From: Thermoplasmatota archaeon
Lineage (GTDB): Archaea; Thermoplasmatota; E2; DHVEG-1
DNA: 42,623 nt
Assembly (NCBI GenBank): GCA_035562195.1
Contig: DATMWV010000291.1
Span: 1 to 42,623 of the forward strand
Direction of reading: 5' to 3'
In this document: piece after piece, positions 7,789-17,039 of the stretch
Position numbering within the stretch: the first letter of the stretch is position 1
Layout of the letters: each line of letters begins with the position of its first letter
The notes under the pieces: generated by a model
The model's database searches: none
The model's input: only the letters and a program-made list of their open reading frames with translations
Told to the model about the DNA's origin: nothing
Made by a program: the position numbers and the translations under genes

Positions 7789-8583
7789 CTACAATCCATA
7801 CCCTGATTCTAACAACTCGGTTAACCGAGAGACAAAACGCACCAACGGACTCCCATCAACGACACTATGATCAACTGTGATAGTCATATGAAGATACTCC
7901 CTGATCTGGATTGAGTCATCCACCACCCCTGGTTTCTTTGTAATGCCCCCGACAATAATTAATGTCGCAATCGGACCACCCATCCCAATCGCCCAACCTG
8001 GAAAACACCCTTTCATCCCGATCGCAGTGACTCCAACAGTCCCGAAATGCTTCTTTTTTGACAACCCTCTGCGCCTCATTAAACGAACACCGAATTTCTT
8101 CAACCAGCCTGGTGCATTAATCGCCCAACGCTCAAACCCAGTGAGATCCTCCCCAAGCACTTCTGTGGATGGATCAATGACCTGATGCTGCACCGTCCGA
8201 ATCTCCTTGGTAATCTCAGCAACGGTTTTTTCATTCGCTTTCCGAACGATATAGGCAAGAGGCCGCTGCTCACCACCGACATTCCGTTCCACCGGAATCG
8301 GGATATCGACATCCTCAAAGGAAACAATCTTCTTCCGACCTACTCGATAGGAGTTCATCTGTTTATGTTCAAAGACTGCTTGACTGACACATTTTACGAT
8401 CCAACCGGTAAAGGAAATATCCTGTTTTCCTTTCAACGCAACAATCATCTCACGAGCCTTTGTGACATCGATCTCCAGTAACGCATGGATAGCTAACTTT
8501 CGCTTTCCTTCCTGAGAAACAATGGTGATATCCTGACGTGCTTTTGTAAACGCTGTGACTTCATACTTACCAATCTTATCCAT
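7789..8583 (-). CDS. stand-alone 2-oxoacid dehydrogenase acyltransferase (E2) catalytic-domain protein
   Basis: Start chosen at ATG 8583 (MDKIGKYEV), preceded by a GAAGGTG SD. The longer ORF to 8880 would overlap the divergent gene. The C-terminal CAT-like active-site motif is HMTITVDHSVVDG (canonical DHRxxDG). No lipoyl or E1/E3-binding domain is present. Confidence 0.65.
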   Translation of the reverse strand: MDKIGKYEVTAFTKARQDITIVSQEGKRKLAIHALLEIDVTKAREMIVALKGKQDISFTGWIVKCVSQAVFEHKQMNSYRVGRKKIVSFEDVDIPIPVERNVGGEQRPLAYIVRKANEKTVAEITKEIRTVQHQVIDPSTEVLGEDLTGFERWAINAPGWLKKFGVRLMRRRGLSKKKHFGTVGVTAIGMKGCFPGWAIGMGGPIATLIIVGGITKKPGVVDDSIQIREYLHMTITVDHSVVDGSPLVRFVSRLTELLESGYGL

Positions 8584-8665
8584 ACAATCACACCTTCGAT
8601 ACTTCTTCGATTCAAATACTTTTTCGCAGGAACTCTTATTACCATAAACACCCGTACATGTCATT

Positions 8666-9241
8666 GTGGCTTTGAAAAAACAACCATTACTACTCATAGA
8701 ACACTGCGAACCAAAACTCTCAGAATGGCTCATGCTCGAATACAGACACGCAGCAAAACTCTGGGATGGAAAACTTATATTCAGCAGAGTTACTGATACC
8801 AAAACCGCAAAAGTCTTACGAACGCTTGGATCTGTGAAAAAAGAAAACGCAAAAGACCTATACTCGGATAAGAAATGCATCGTCCTTGACCCCCAGGCAA
8901 AAAAACCTCTGACTCCGAAAGATTGTACGAGTTCTGATGTCCTTATTGTCGGTGGACTGCTCGGTTATGAGAAACAACAAGGTCGGACAAGAACTCTCAT
9001 CAGCGCCTCCTCAGGGTTCCACACACGACACCTCGGGCCACTGCAGCTTTCCATCGATGGCGCGGTGTTTGTCATTAAAGCCATCTGTCTTGGTCTTAAT
9101 CTTCAGGATATTGAAATCGCAAAAGAAATAGAAATCATCCATGACCAGGTTCACTCAACGATACTACCCTTCGGGTATCCGATCATTGAAAATAAACCAG
9201 TCATCACCCCCGGCCTTATTGAATATCTCACCAAAATATAA
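8666..9241 (+). CDS. conserved hypothetical protein, possibly DUF431-type (predicted SAM-dependent RNA methyltransferase)
   Basis: 191 aa with a GTG start. The N-terminal LLLIEHCEPKLSEWLMLEY pattern matches my recollection of the DUF431 family. The functional assignment is tentative. Confidence 0.5.
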   Translation: MALKKQPLLLIEHCEPKLSEWLMLEYRHAAKLWDGKLIFSRVTDTKTAKVLRTLGSVKKENAKDLYSDKKCIVLDPQAKKPLTPKDCTSSDVLIVGGLLGYEKQQGRTRTLISASSGFHTRHLGPLQLSIDGAVFVIKAICLGLNLQDIEIAKEIEIIHDQVHSTILPFGYPIIENKPVITPGLIEYLTKI

Positions 9242-9342
9242 GCAAAGTGAGTTATCTTTTGTTTGTTTCTTCTTTGTAATTACTATAATGTTTAAATAAT
9301 ACTCCACTGATTATCTTCCTGAACACAAGGGTGAGGTACATT

Positions 9343-10122
9343 ATGGAAAACAAAAAGAAAATATTCTCAATCGTCTTGGTACTTGTAATGGTCATCGGCA
9401 CTGTTGCATTATCAGGATGCACGCAAGAAGACAAAAATAAGATAATTGTTGGAACATCAGCGGATTTTGCACCTTTTGAATATATAGCTGCTAATCAAAC
9501 CATTATCGGTTTTGATATTGATTTAATCAAAAAGATATTGACTGATCAAGGTTACACCGTTGAAGTTCAAGATATAGGGTTTGATTCCCTAATACCCTCA
9601 TTGCAATCAGGAAAGATCGATGTTATAGCGGCTGCTATGACAATTAATGATGAACGATTACAACAAGTTGATTTTAGTAATCCCTATTATGATGCAAACC
9701 AAGCGGTGCTTGTGAAAGTAGGTGCGAATGTTAACATCACAACCATTGAGGATCTGAAAAATTATACGGTTGGTGCTCAGACTACTACGACAGGTTGGGC
9801 CTGGGTGAATGATACACTCGTTGCAACTGGCAAATTGAACAGTGATAATTTTAGAAGCTATGATCTCTATACCGATGCTGTTGCTGATTTGATCATTGGA
9901 CCCTCTAGAGTCGGGGCTATTGTTATTGATTCACCAGTTGCCAAAGCATTTGCCAAGAAAGGAAATGTAGAAATTGCACTAAACATCACAACAAACGAAA
10001 GCTATGGATTTGCAGTGGAAAAAGGCAATACCGAGCTCGCCAATAAAATAAACGCTGGATTAACTGCGGTTATGGCGACAACCTACTGGGAAACCCTTGT
10101 TGAGAAATACTTTGCCACCTAA
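9343..10122 (+). CDS. polar amino-acid ABC transporter substrate-binding lipoprotein
   Basis: ATG at 9343 preceded by a GGTGAGGT SD. Lipobox-like VALSGC. SBP_bac_3-type motifs GFDIDL, GKIDVIAAAMTINDERLQQVDFSNPYY and GAIVIDSPVA. Confidence 0.85.
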   Translation: MENKKKIFSIVLVLVMVIGTVALSGCTQEDKNKIIVGTSADFAPFEYIAANQTIIGFDIDLIKKILTDQGYTVEVQDIGFDSLIPSLQSGKIDVIAAAMTINDERLQQVDFSNPYYDANQAVLVKVGANVNITTIEDLKNYTVGAQTTTTGWAWVNDTLVATGKLNSDNFRSYDLYTDAVADLIIGPSRVGAIVIDSPVAKAFAKKGNVEIALNITTNESYGFAVEKGNTELANKINAGLTAVMATTYWETLVEKYFAT

Positions 10123-10141
10123 GGGGATATAGGGTGATCTA

Positions 10142-10816
10142 TTGGCACTTGAAACGTTGATAGAATCACTCCCTTCACTCTTTAATGGACTTATCGTCAC
10201 CCTGCTTCTCACCGCATTTGGCATCTTACTAGGAACAACCCTTGGAATTGTCCTTGCAACTGGCCGATCCTATGCAAAACGACCGATTGCATATTCTATT
10301 TTAATCTATGAGAAAGTTATCCGTGGGATACCTCTTCTGGTGCTACTTTTTCTTATATATTTTGGGCTTCCCCAAATTGGAATCAATATGAATGCATTTA
10401 CTGCTGCAATCATCGGTCTTGGACTTCGAAGTTCAGCCTATCAAGCACAGATTTATCGCGGAGCAATCAATTCAATCCCCGAAGGACAAATCCATGCTGC
10501 ATTCTCCCTTGGAATGAACAAACTTAAAGCGATTCGACACGTCATCATGCCTCAGATGCTTCGATTATCGATTCCCGGATGGTCCAACGAATTCACGATT
10601 CTTTTAAAGGACACCTCGCTTGCGTTTGGAATTGGTGTAATTGAATTAATGCGCCAAGGACGTTATATCCAAGTAAGAGACCCTGACTTGATCCTTCTTG
10701 TGTTTTTACTTATCGCACTTATTTACTTTGCACTCGTATTTACCGCAAATAGAACTATGCGGTTTGTTGAAAAAAAATATCAGATGGCAGGATATCAAAC
10801 AGAGGCACACCGATGA
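10142..10816 (+). CDS. amino-acid ABC transporter permease (HisM/GlnP family)
   Basis: TTG start after AGGGTGAT. Motifs IRGIPLLVLLFLIYFGLPQIGI and the EAA-like loop AAFSLGMNKLKAIRHVIMPQMLRLSIPGWSNEF. Confidence 0.85.
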   Translation: MALETLIESLPSLFNGLIVTLLLTAFGILLGTTLGIVLATGRSYAKRPIAYSILIYEKVIRGIPLLVLLFLIYFGLPQIGINMNAFTAAIIGLGLRSSAYQAQIYRGAINSIPEGQIHAAFSLGMNKLKAIRHVIMPQMLRLSIPGWSNEFTILLKDTSLAFGIGVIELMRQGRYIQVRDPDLILLVFLLIALIYFALVFTANRTMRFVEKKYQMAGYQTEAHR

Positions 10817-10835
10817 AAATAAGGAGGAACCATCT

Positions 10836-11591
10836 ATGGCAATGTTAGAGGTAAAAAATATTTACAAATCATATGGGACTGTCGAGATCCTGAAAGGTGT
10901 TTCATTTACTATGGAACAAGAGGAAACAAAAGTTATCATCGGGCCAAGTGGAACGGGAAAAAGCACGCTGCTGCGCTGCATCAACCAACTTAGTCCTCCT
11001 GATAAAGGACAGGTGTGGCTTGATGGGGAGGAAATCACTAATCCGAAGACAAACATCAATAAAATGCGAGAAAAAATAGGATTTGTATTCCAGGATTTCA
11101 ATTTGTTTAATCATCTTACTGCATTACGAAATGTAAGCATCGGATTGGAAAAAGTAAAAAAAATAGAAAAAGACGCAGCAAAAAAACGAGCAATGCAAGA
11201 ACTCACCCGTGTTGGTTTAGCAGCCCAAGCAAACCAATACCCAGCACAACTTTCTGGCGGGCAGAAACAACGAGTCGGTATCGCGCGGGCGTTAGCAATG
11301 GACCCTGATGTCATTTTATTTGATGAGCCGACATCGGCGCTAGACCCTGAACTTATTGGTGATGTCCTTGATGTGATGAAATCACTCTGTGGCAAGGTTG
11401 CGATGCTGGTCGTGACTCATGAAATGGGGTTTGCAAGAAACGTCGCAAATGAAATTATCTTCATGGAAGGCGGCGTTATCGTTGAACAGGGTGCACCAAA
11501 AGAGATGTTTACGAACGCAAAAATGGCGCGGACTCGAGAATTCCTTGGAAGGATTGGTGCGTTATATGGCGAAGAAGAGACTGGAGGGTAA
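10836..11591 (+). CDS. amino-acid ABC transporter ATP-binding protein
   Basis: ATG at 10836 preceded by AAGGAGG. The ORF-track extension from 10698 overlaps the permease gene. Walker A GPSGTGKST, signature LSGGQKQRV, Walker B VILFDEPTSALD, H-loop VVTHEMGFA. Confidence 0.9.
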   Translation: MAMLEVKNIYKSYGTVEILKGVSFTMEQEETKVIIGPSGTGKSTLLRCINQLSPPDKGQVWLDGEEITNPKTNINKMREKIGFVFQDFNLFNHLTALRNVSIGLEKVKKIEKDAAKKRAMQELTRVGLAAQANQYPAQLSGGQKQRVGIARALAMDPDVILFDEPTSALDPELIGDVLDVMKSLCGKVAMLVVTHEMGFARNVANEIIFMEGGVIVEQGAPKEMFTNAKMARTREFLGRIGALYGEEETGG

Positions 11592-12287
11592 ATGGCAACG
11601 GATTTTGTCCAGTTCTTTATAAATTCATTGCCAGATCTTTTTAGTGGTTTAGGGTATACACTCCTCCTTACCTTTATCTCAATTACCGCTGGTTTTTTCT
11701 TAGGGCTTGCCCTTGGATTAGGTCGGGTCTATGGGAATAAAATCGTAAACGGTTTCTGCGTCGGATATATCGAACTGATCCGTGGCACCCCGCTGCTTGT
11801 TCAACTCTTCATCATTTATTTTGGTCTCCCTCAGATCGGAATTATCTTTTCACCGATTCAAGCAGCGTTACTTGGGCTGGCTCTCAACAGTGGGGCATAC
11901 CAAGCTGAATATCTGAGGGGTTCGATACAATCTGTGGAGTCTGGTCAGATGAGCGCAGCACGATCTCTTGGGATGAATAGGCTTGGATCGATTCGACATG
12001 TTATCCTCCCCCAAGCCTTACGTATCTCAATTCCTGCTTGGTCAAACGAATTCATCTATCTATTGCAATATTCATCGATAGCCTATATCATCGGAGTCAC
12101 AGAGTTGACCGCAGAAGGGAAATTCATCGCAGGGGAAACCTTCCGCTACCTTGAGATGTTTGCAATGATTGCAGTGATTTATTTAATCTTAACCATTGTA
12201 TCCACTGAGATTATTGACCGGGTAGCAAAACATTTTAGCATCCCAGGGATCGGGGCTGCCAAGCGTGTCAGTCTCAGGGATATCTGA
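11592..12287 (+). CDS. amino-acid ABC transporter permease (second paralogous subunit)
   Basis: Starts right after the ATPase stop codon. Motifs IRGTPLLVQLFIIYFGLPQIGI and AARSLGMNRLGSIRHVILPQALRISIPAWSNEF, clearly paralogous to 10142..10816. Confidence 0.85.
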   Translation: MATDFVQFFINSLPDLFSGLGYTLLLTFISITAGFFLGLALGLGRVYGNKIVNGFCVGYIELIRGTPLLVQLFIIYFGLPQIGIIFSPIQAALLGLALNSGAYQAEYLRGSIQSVESGQMSAARSLGMNRLGSIRHVILPQALRISIPAWSNEFIYLLQYSSIAYIIGVTELTAEGKFIAGETFRYLEMFAMIAVIYLILTIVSTEIIDRVAKHFSIPGIGAAKRVSLRDI

Positions 12288-12328
12288 CCCTTTTTTTAAA
12301 TGAGTTCTATTCGTTAGGAAAAAAAGGG
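12288..12328. terminator. bidirectional terminator-like inverted repeat
   Basis: CCCTTTTTTT (12288-12297) and AAAAAAAGGG (12319-12328) are a perfect 10-bp inverted repeat that gives a T-run on either strand. It lies between convergent gene ends. Confidence 0.45.
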
Positions 12329-12351
12329 TTTCGCTGAAATGCATTCTTTAA

Positions 12352-13329
12352 TTACTTCGCTGTTTCTTGGAAACTTGTTTTGGAACGTGATTCTTTCAGC
12401 GAAAGTAAAAACCCAAGGAATGCCAAGAAAATATCCGTGATTAAAAAACCGACGAGCGACAGTACCAGGATCTGTTCTGCAGTGACTGTAAAAAGTGTCG
12501 TGAAAATAAGAATAGCGGTAAACTCCCGTGTCCCAAGACCCCCGAAGGTAATAGGGATGAAGCCTGCTACATTTGCGATCGGGTAGAGAGCAAGAAACGT
12601 AAGATACGGGATTTCAAGGCCTAATCCTAGCAGTATCAGATATTCCTGTGAAAACACGATGACCCAAGTGATGATCCCAATGAGATACGGGATGATCATG
12701 ACCTTGAAACGCGGGAAATCACTGTAGAATGTATCAACAAATGCATTCAGATGAGGTTTGACCTTTTTTGGGATAAGATGCGTGATGATGACTCTGAAGA
12801 AGTTCTCTCCCCGCTCCTTTCCTGAAAAATATAGTACTGCTAGACAGAACCCGATCATCCAGACCATCGTTACAGGAAACAACTCAGGGATGGTTCCGAC
12901 CACCAGGAACGCACCGATGATGATCATCCCATAAATCGAGAACGAATGGACAAAGGTATCAATGATGGTGTTGATGAAGAGTTTCCCGAAGGGTTCCCCG
13001 GTTTTTTCTTTGAGATAGGGGATACGCATCAGCTGACCAGAATACCCTGGAGTGAAACTCCCGTAGAAGATCCCGATGAGATAGATCTTCATCGAATCCA
13101 GATATCTTACAGTGATTTTTTGTTCCTTTAAGATAATCTGATATTCCACGTTTCTGATCACCAGCAATGGAATGGTATGAAGTAACGCGTAGACGATGTA
13201 GATCGGATCTATGGAGAGAAATGCGGAGGTGATTTTCTGCAGGTCTAGCGAATAGATGATGTAGGCTAGGATACCAAGACCAATGAATGGGAGAACGAGT
13301 TTTAATTTCCCTATGAGGTTCTTAACCAT
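12352..13329 (-). CDS. UPF0104 / lysylphosphatidylglycerol-synthase-TM-like (flippase-like) integral membrane protein
   Basis: 325 aa with about 8 TM segments. The pattern YLIGIFYGSFTPGYSGQLMRIPYLKEK and the overall topology resemble the LPG_synthase_TM/UPF0104 family. No C-terminal aminoacyl-transferase domain is present. Confidence 0.6.
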   Translation of the reverse strand: MVKNLIGKLKLVLPFIGLGILAYIIYSLDLQKITSAFLSIDPIYIVYALLHTIPLLVIRNVEYQIILKEQKITVRYLDSMKIYLIGIFYGSFTPGYSGQLMRIPYLKEKTGEPFGKLFINTIIDTFVHSFSIYGMIIIGAFLVVGTIPELFPVTMVWMIGFCLAVLYFSGKERGENFFRVIITHLIPKKVKPHLNAFVDTFYSDFPRFKVMIIPYLIGIITWVIVFSQEYLILLGLGLEIPYLTFLALYPIANVAGFIPITFGGLGTREFTAILIFTTLFTVTAEQILVLSLVGFLITDIFLAFLGFLLSLKESRSKTSFQETAK

Positions 13330-13447
13330 GATAGACTGGTGAACAATAATGGTACTTTTATGGTTTATTCATTTCGTATCTCTCGGAGGATAAAGAAAAA
13401 ATAAAATAAGGATTTATTTCTGTGTTTTTCCTCTGATGCTTGTGTTG

Positions 13448-15649
13448 TTATATTGAAGTGATTCGTACAACAAACGGACCAAAAGCAAATCCTGTGCCGC
13501 TCCAATCCTCTGCGTATTTGACATGCACCTGAATTGAGATTTTACCCAGTCCAAAAATTGTTTTATCTGGTTGGATGGTCAACGTGTCTCCAACACCAAG
13601 AGATGCAAATGAATCGACTGAGGAGATATTGATCCGCCCAAAGAGCCCACCCTGAATAGAGAGGCTCCATGGGATGTTGCTGACGGGTACTTCTCCGTCG
13701 TTTGCGATAGATGCTTTGACAATTCCTTTCCCACCAACGACATCGCTGATACGAAGCTGTGGCTTCTGCCCTGATGCGTTTAGGAACGCGACCGCTGGGT
13801 CCCCGAACAGGTTTGTCTCATAATAGACCCATCGCATGCAGGATCGTTGGATCATGAACAGGTTGTCTTCTTTGGAGTCATGGTTCGCCCGTCCGATCTC
13901 CCTGATGTTCTCCCCGAACACCGCGTCCCAGAACTGTCGGTGATAGCGTTGAGAGTCACCATCGGTGCTATACGACCAGAAGAACCCGTACCGGGCGTTC
14001 CAAATCCCTGCAAACGCACCTTGAGTGTTTTTCACCGTGAAATACTCAGCGATGCAATCCCCGCCTTCCGGGTTATCAAAACCACCAGACATACAGCCTT
14101 GGGAATAGACAAAACAAAAATTATGATCATTGGTCAGAGCACTGACATCCCCGTTGGACATCTTCATGTTATATTCATAATACGCATGCCCGTCATGGTT
14201 GATCAGATGGACACCGTTATTGATTCGGTTGATGATTTCCTCTTTAGGCCAGCCGGTTCCCCAGGGGTTCTCCGGGTCAAAACCAGGGTATAACTCATCA
14301 TAGAGTCTATCGATGTTATAGAGGCTTGCTGGGATACCAACGGTTGTAAAACCGTTTTCACTGGATCCATTGATCAGCTGGTTCAACGTGGTTCCTGCAT
14401 ACGAAGCGATGCCGTAATCACCAAGATATTCACCAGCAAAGGTCGCTTCACCAAGATACGTATCACCTGGTAAGAGTGAGAGATATTCAACGGTTTTCTG
14501 GACGAAATGATCCACCTCTTCTAAATTATCCACACAAGCTCGACCGACATACACATCTGCGATAAGGTCAACATCCGTCCCATTTTCTCCATCGGTAGGT
14601 TCACCCCAGTACTCATCACCATCGGAATTATACGGACCGTCAAGACAGGCGTAATAGAGGTCCGCTGGCATCAGAGTATCATAGGGGGTAACGTTCTCAT
14701 CCATCCCTTCGACATAGAGCATCTTGGCAGGAAGGCTGTCTGTATCACCTCCAAGCAGGACATAACTGATTCCAAGGGTGGTGTAGACAGTCTGGAGGTA
14801 CGCTCGGATGTCCTCTGGTGTGTCTCCTCCGATATCAGATAAGGTCCGGATGATTGTTCGGGTACCGGTCGCATTATGTTGTTGGGCAAGAGGGAGAAAA
14901 CCATTTTTGAACGCATCAGTCGTCAGGATGAGAAGATCGTATTGATCCAACAGCATCGCGTTTTTTACCGGTTTCTGGTAGGACACTTCCATGGTGGGGT
15001 TTTCTATTTTAGAAAGAAGCTGGGTACGATCGTTTGGTAAATTTCTATACATGATATTTGTATGAGGTTCCTGTGTCAAGGTTACCGTCGTCGTCATGGT
15101 AGGATAATAAAAGACATCCCCGGTCGCTGGGATATACTGTGCTGGAGATAGCGAGAGCACTAAAATGGAGTATCCCCGGAACTGATACACACCAACCTCT
15201 GAGAAAAGATCACCTGGGAATTCCTCATGTGATTGATACAGGACCTTGTCTGGTTGAGGAACAATACTGGCTGCATCAGGCGTGAGCGGGATTGGAGCCC
15301 CGCAGGGGACGATGGTAAATCCTGAGCCGACAAATGTTTTTTCACCAGTAATCGTAATCGAATCGACCTTCGTATTGGGTGGCAGGAGAAGGTATGCTCC
15401 TTTTGTCGGTAACAAAGGCTCCCCAGGGTTCCCTGAACAAGGTGCATCCTGGATGAGCAACTGGTCATATACATCATCCCCAAGTGTGACTTTTGATATC
15501 ACCGGTGTCGGAAACGAATACGTCATGGTGATCGAATCAGCAACCTGTCCTGAGGTTGCAACACTTGTCACTGAAAACAATGAGAGAAATAAAATAACTG
15601 AGATACTTACGACCTTGATACTTCCCCCGGCATTACTTTTTTTCTTCAT
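13448..15649 (-). CDS. secreted peptidase C25 (gingipain-like) family cysteine protease
   Basis: 733 aa with a signal peptide (VVSISVILFLSLFSVTSVATS). C25-type core YDLLILTTDAF...YVLLGGDTDSLPA, candidate catalytic His (LINHDGHAYYEY) and Cys (FVYSQGCMSGGFD), and a C-terminal Ig/CARDB-like beta domain. Confidence 0.7.
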   Translation of the reverse strand: MKKKSNAGGSIKVVSISVILFLSLFSVTSVATSGQVADSITMTYSFPTPVISKVTLGDDVYDQLLIQDAPCSGNPGEPLLPTKGAYLLLPPNTKVDSITITGEKTFVGSGFTIVPCGAPIPLTPDAASIVPQPDKVLYQSHEEFPGDLFSEVGVYQFRGYSILVLSLSPAQYIPATGDVFYYPTMTTTVTLTQEPHTNIMYRNLPNDRTQLLSKIENPTMEVSYQKPVKNAMLLDQYDLLILTTDAFKNGFLPLAQQHNATGTRTIIRTLSDIGGDTPEDIRAYLQTVYTTLGISYVLLGGDTDSLPAKMLYVEGMDENVTPYDTLMPADLYYACLDGPYNSDGDEYWGEPTDGENGTDVDLIADVYVGRACVDNLEEVDHFVQKTVEYLSLLPGDTYLGEATFAGEYLGDYGIASYAGTTLNQLINGSSENGFTTVGIPASLYNIDRLYDELYPGFDPENPWGTGWPKEEIINRINNGVHLINHDGHAYYEYNMKMSNGDVSALTNDHNFCFVYSQGCMSGGFDNPEGGDCIAEYFTVKNTQGAFAGIWNARYGFFWSYSTDGDSQRYHRQFWDAVFGENIREIGRANHDSKEDNLFMIQRSCMRWVYYETNLFGDPAVAFLNASGQKPQLRISDVVGGKGIVKASIANDGEVPVSNIPWSLSIQGGLFGRINISSVDSFASLGVGDTLTIQPDKTIFGLGKISIQVHVKYAEDWSGTGFAFGPFVVRITSI

Positions 15650-15694
15650 GATGTCCCTCTCTATTACCTTTTATTCTCTTTATAATTTAAATAC

Positions 15695-16213
15695 TTATCC
15701 TTCCTGTTTTTCTCCTTGTAACTCGTTCAGGATGATTTCAGCGGTCCATTTCGCAGCGTTCCCAGCGACACTTGTGCATTTATCGACATGGGCACCTGCT
15801 TTCTCAAACGCCTCATACTGCTGTTTATCAAGCAGAATGTAGCTTCGTCCGAAGATCTTTTTCTGTACGCCACAGCAGAGAGACGATCCGTATTCCCTGA
15901 CGAATCGGTCATACAGCTGTCTGGTATATTTGAACACCAGTCGTTTTTTCTTCCCCTCGGAGAACTCCTGATACGTCCGACCGACAAGAGAACCTATCGC
16001 GATCATCCCACCAGCGAGCGCTCCGCAGGTCCCTTCTGATGATAACGCAGTACCCCCGGCAAGTCCCTGAGATGCTTTGAAAATGCTGTTATCACCGACA
16101 TCAAGGGTCTCTTTCAACGCGGCAAGCACACATTGCGGGCAACTCCCCAATCGTGCCTCATACTGAAACGCACGCTGATATACATCGTCCAAAATGTCCT
16201 TCTGTGAATTCAT
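15695..16213 (-). CDS. C_GCAxxG_C_C family redox-related protein
   Basis: 172 aa with motifs SCPQCVLAAL, EGTCGALAGGMIAIG, LCCGVQKK and HVDKCTSVAG, characteristic of the C-GCAxxG-C-C family. Confidence 0.75.
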   Translation of the reverse strand: MNSQKDILDDVYQRAFQYEARLGSCPQCVLAALKETLDVGDNSIFKASQGLAGGTALSSEGTCGALAGGMIAIGSLVGRTYQEFSEGKKKRLVFKYTRQLYDRFVREYGSSLCCGVQKKIFGRSYILLDKQQYEAFEKAGAHVDKCTSVAGNAAKWTAEIILNELQGEKQEG

Positions 16214-16378
16214 GTGAATCTGAAACGAAGATTACGATATAATTATTTGTTTGTCAAGCAGGAGTTTTTGTAGCATCATCTGAATAAACGAGAAATACGG
16301 TATCGATACCTCTACTTTTTTCATATGGGACGAAAATGTTTGATCATCGATGGTCACAAAATCAAAAAGGACTGATTC

Positions 16379-16681
16379 ATGATCTGCGGTCTCTCTGATT
16401 TGCATTACGAAACGATTATAACACAATACACCATTTATCCCTATGTTGGGATGACACAACCTGTTACAAATATTCCAGAGACATGCTGGGAGTTTATGGA
16501 ATGTCCGATCAAAACAAGAGATAAATGTCTTGTATATAAACTTCAGATGGGGAAAGAATGCTGGTTTGTCTGGCATATCAATAAAGATTGTGTTGCTGGC
16601 AGGATAGGAGATGGTTGTTTTAACTGTCCTTGGTTCAATAGAAATAATCCTTTAACGAATGCATCGAAGATTTTTGAATAA
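16379..16681 (+). CDS. small two-CW-domain cysteine-rich protein
   Basis: ETCWEFMECP...KECWFVW...DCVAGRIGDGCFNCPWF matches the two-CW domain pattern (NCWE...C...CW...C..C) known from anaerobic archaea. AAGGA SD before ATG 16379. An alternative start lies at 16451. Confidence 0.55.
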   Translation: MICGLSDLHYETIITQYTIYPYVGMTQPVTNIPETCWEFMECPIKTRDKCLVYKLQMGKECWFVWHINKDCVAGRIGDGCFNCPWFNRNNPLTNASKIFE

Positions 16682-17039
16682 CAATTGAACTGAAAGAACC
16701 CTTTATGCCATACCTCATAGGTATAGCAGTACCTTTCCTGACAGGGATTTGTGCTAAAATTTGAATACCGATACTATTTAAAAGATAAAAGGAGTTTTCA
16801 ACAATCCCACCATTACGAAACGGTGATGAAGTAGTATTGATAGTACCAACGCTTTTAGGAAAATCCAAGGAGTTTCCTTTATCCTTATCATCACAACATG
16901 AACTCTTCTACACATTGAGTCATTATAACACCACAGTTGTTTTATCTCAGTAATTTTACCACTGCGGTTTTACACAGTACCTTGTTATCAGCACGAGGAA
17001 ATCTTTATTAGTTCCTATGTTCTACTACAGCTGATTTCT

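Noticed and set aside
8584-8880. N-terminal extensions offered by the ORF track: this one for the E2-like gene, and similar ones at 10698..10835, 6854..6946, 6931..7011, 32532..32594, 24911..24928 and 4549..4581.
   Set aside because: The extensions overlap neighbouring genes or lack SD signals. Internal ATGs are preceded by good SD-like sequences and coincide with the start of the conserved domain or signal peptide.
16299-16310. A perfect 12-nt palindrome, GGTATCGATACC, followed by a T-run upstream of the two-CW ORF.
   Set aside because: Roughly ten perfect 12-nt palindromes are expected by chance in a window of this size. No upstream + strand gene exists for it to terminate, so there is not enough support for a feature call.
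16232-16576. A 114-aa minus-strand ORF overlapping the two-CW ORF.
   Set aside because: It has no recognisable motif or SD. The opposite-strand ORF carries a defined Cys-rich domain pattern and an SD-like AAGGA, so only one of the two can plausibly be real.
16823-16894. A C-box-like GTGATGA on the + strand and its complement TCATCAC about 65 nt downstream, a possible C/D-box sRNA or long hairpin.
   Set aside because: No D box (CTGA) lies at the appropriate distance on either strand. The stem is only 7 bp plus an interrupted 3 bp, with a loop of roughly 55 nt.
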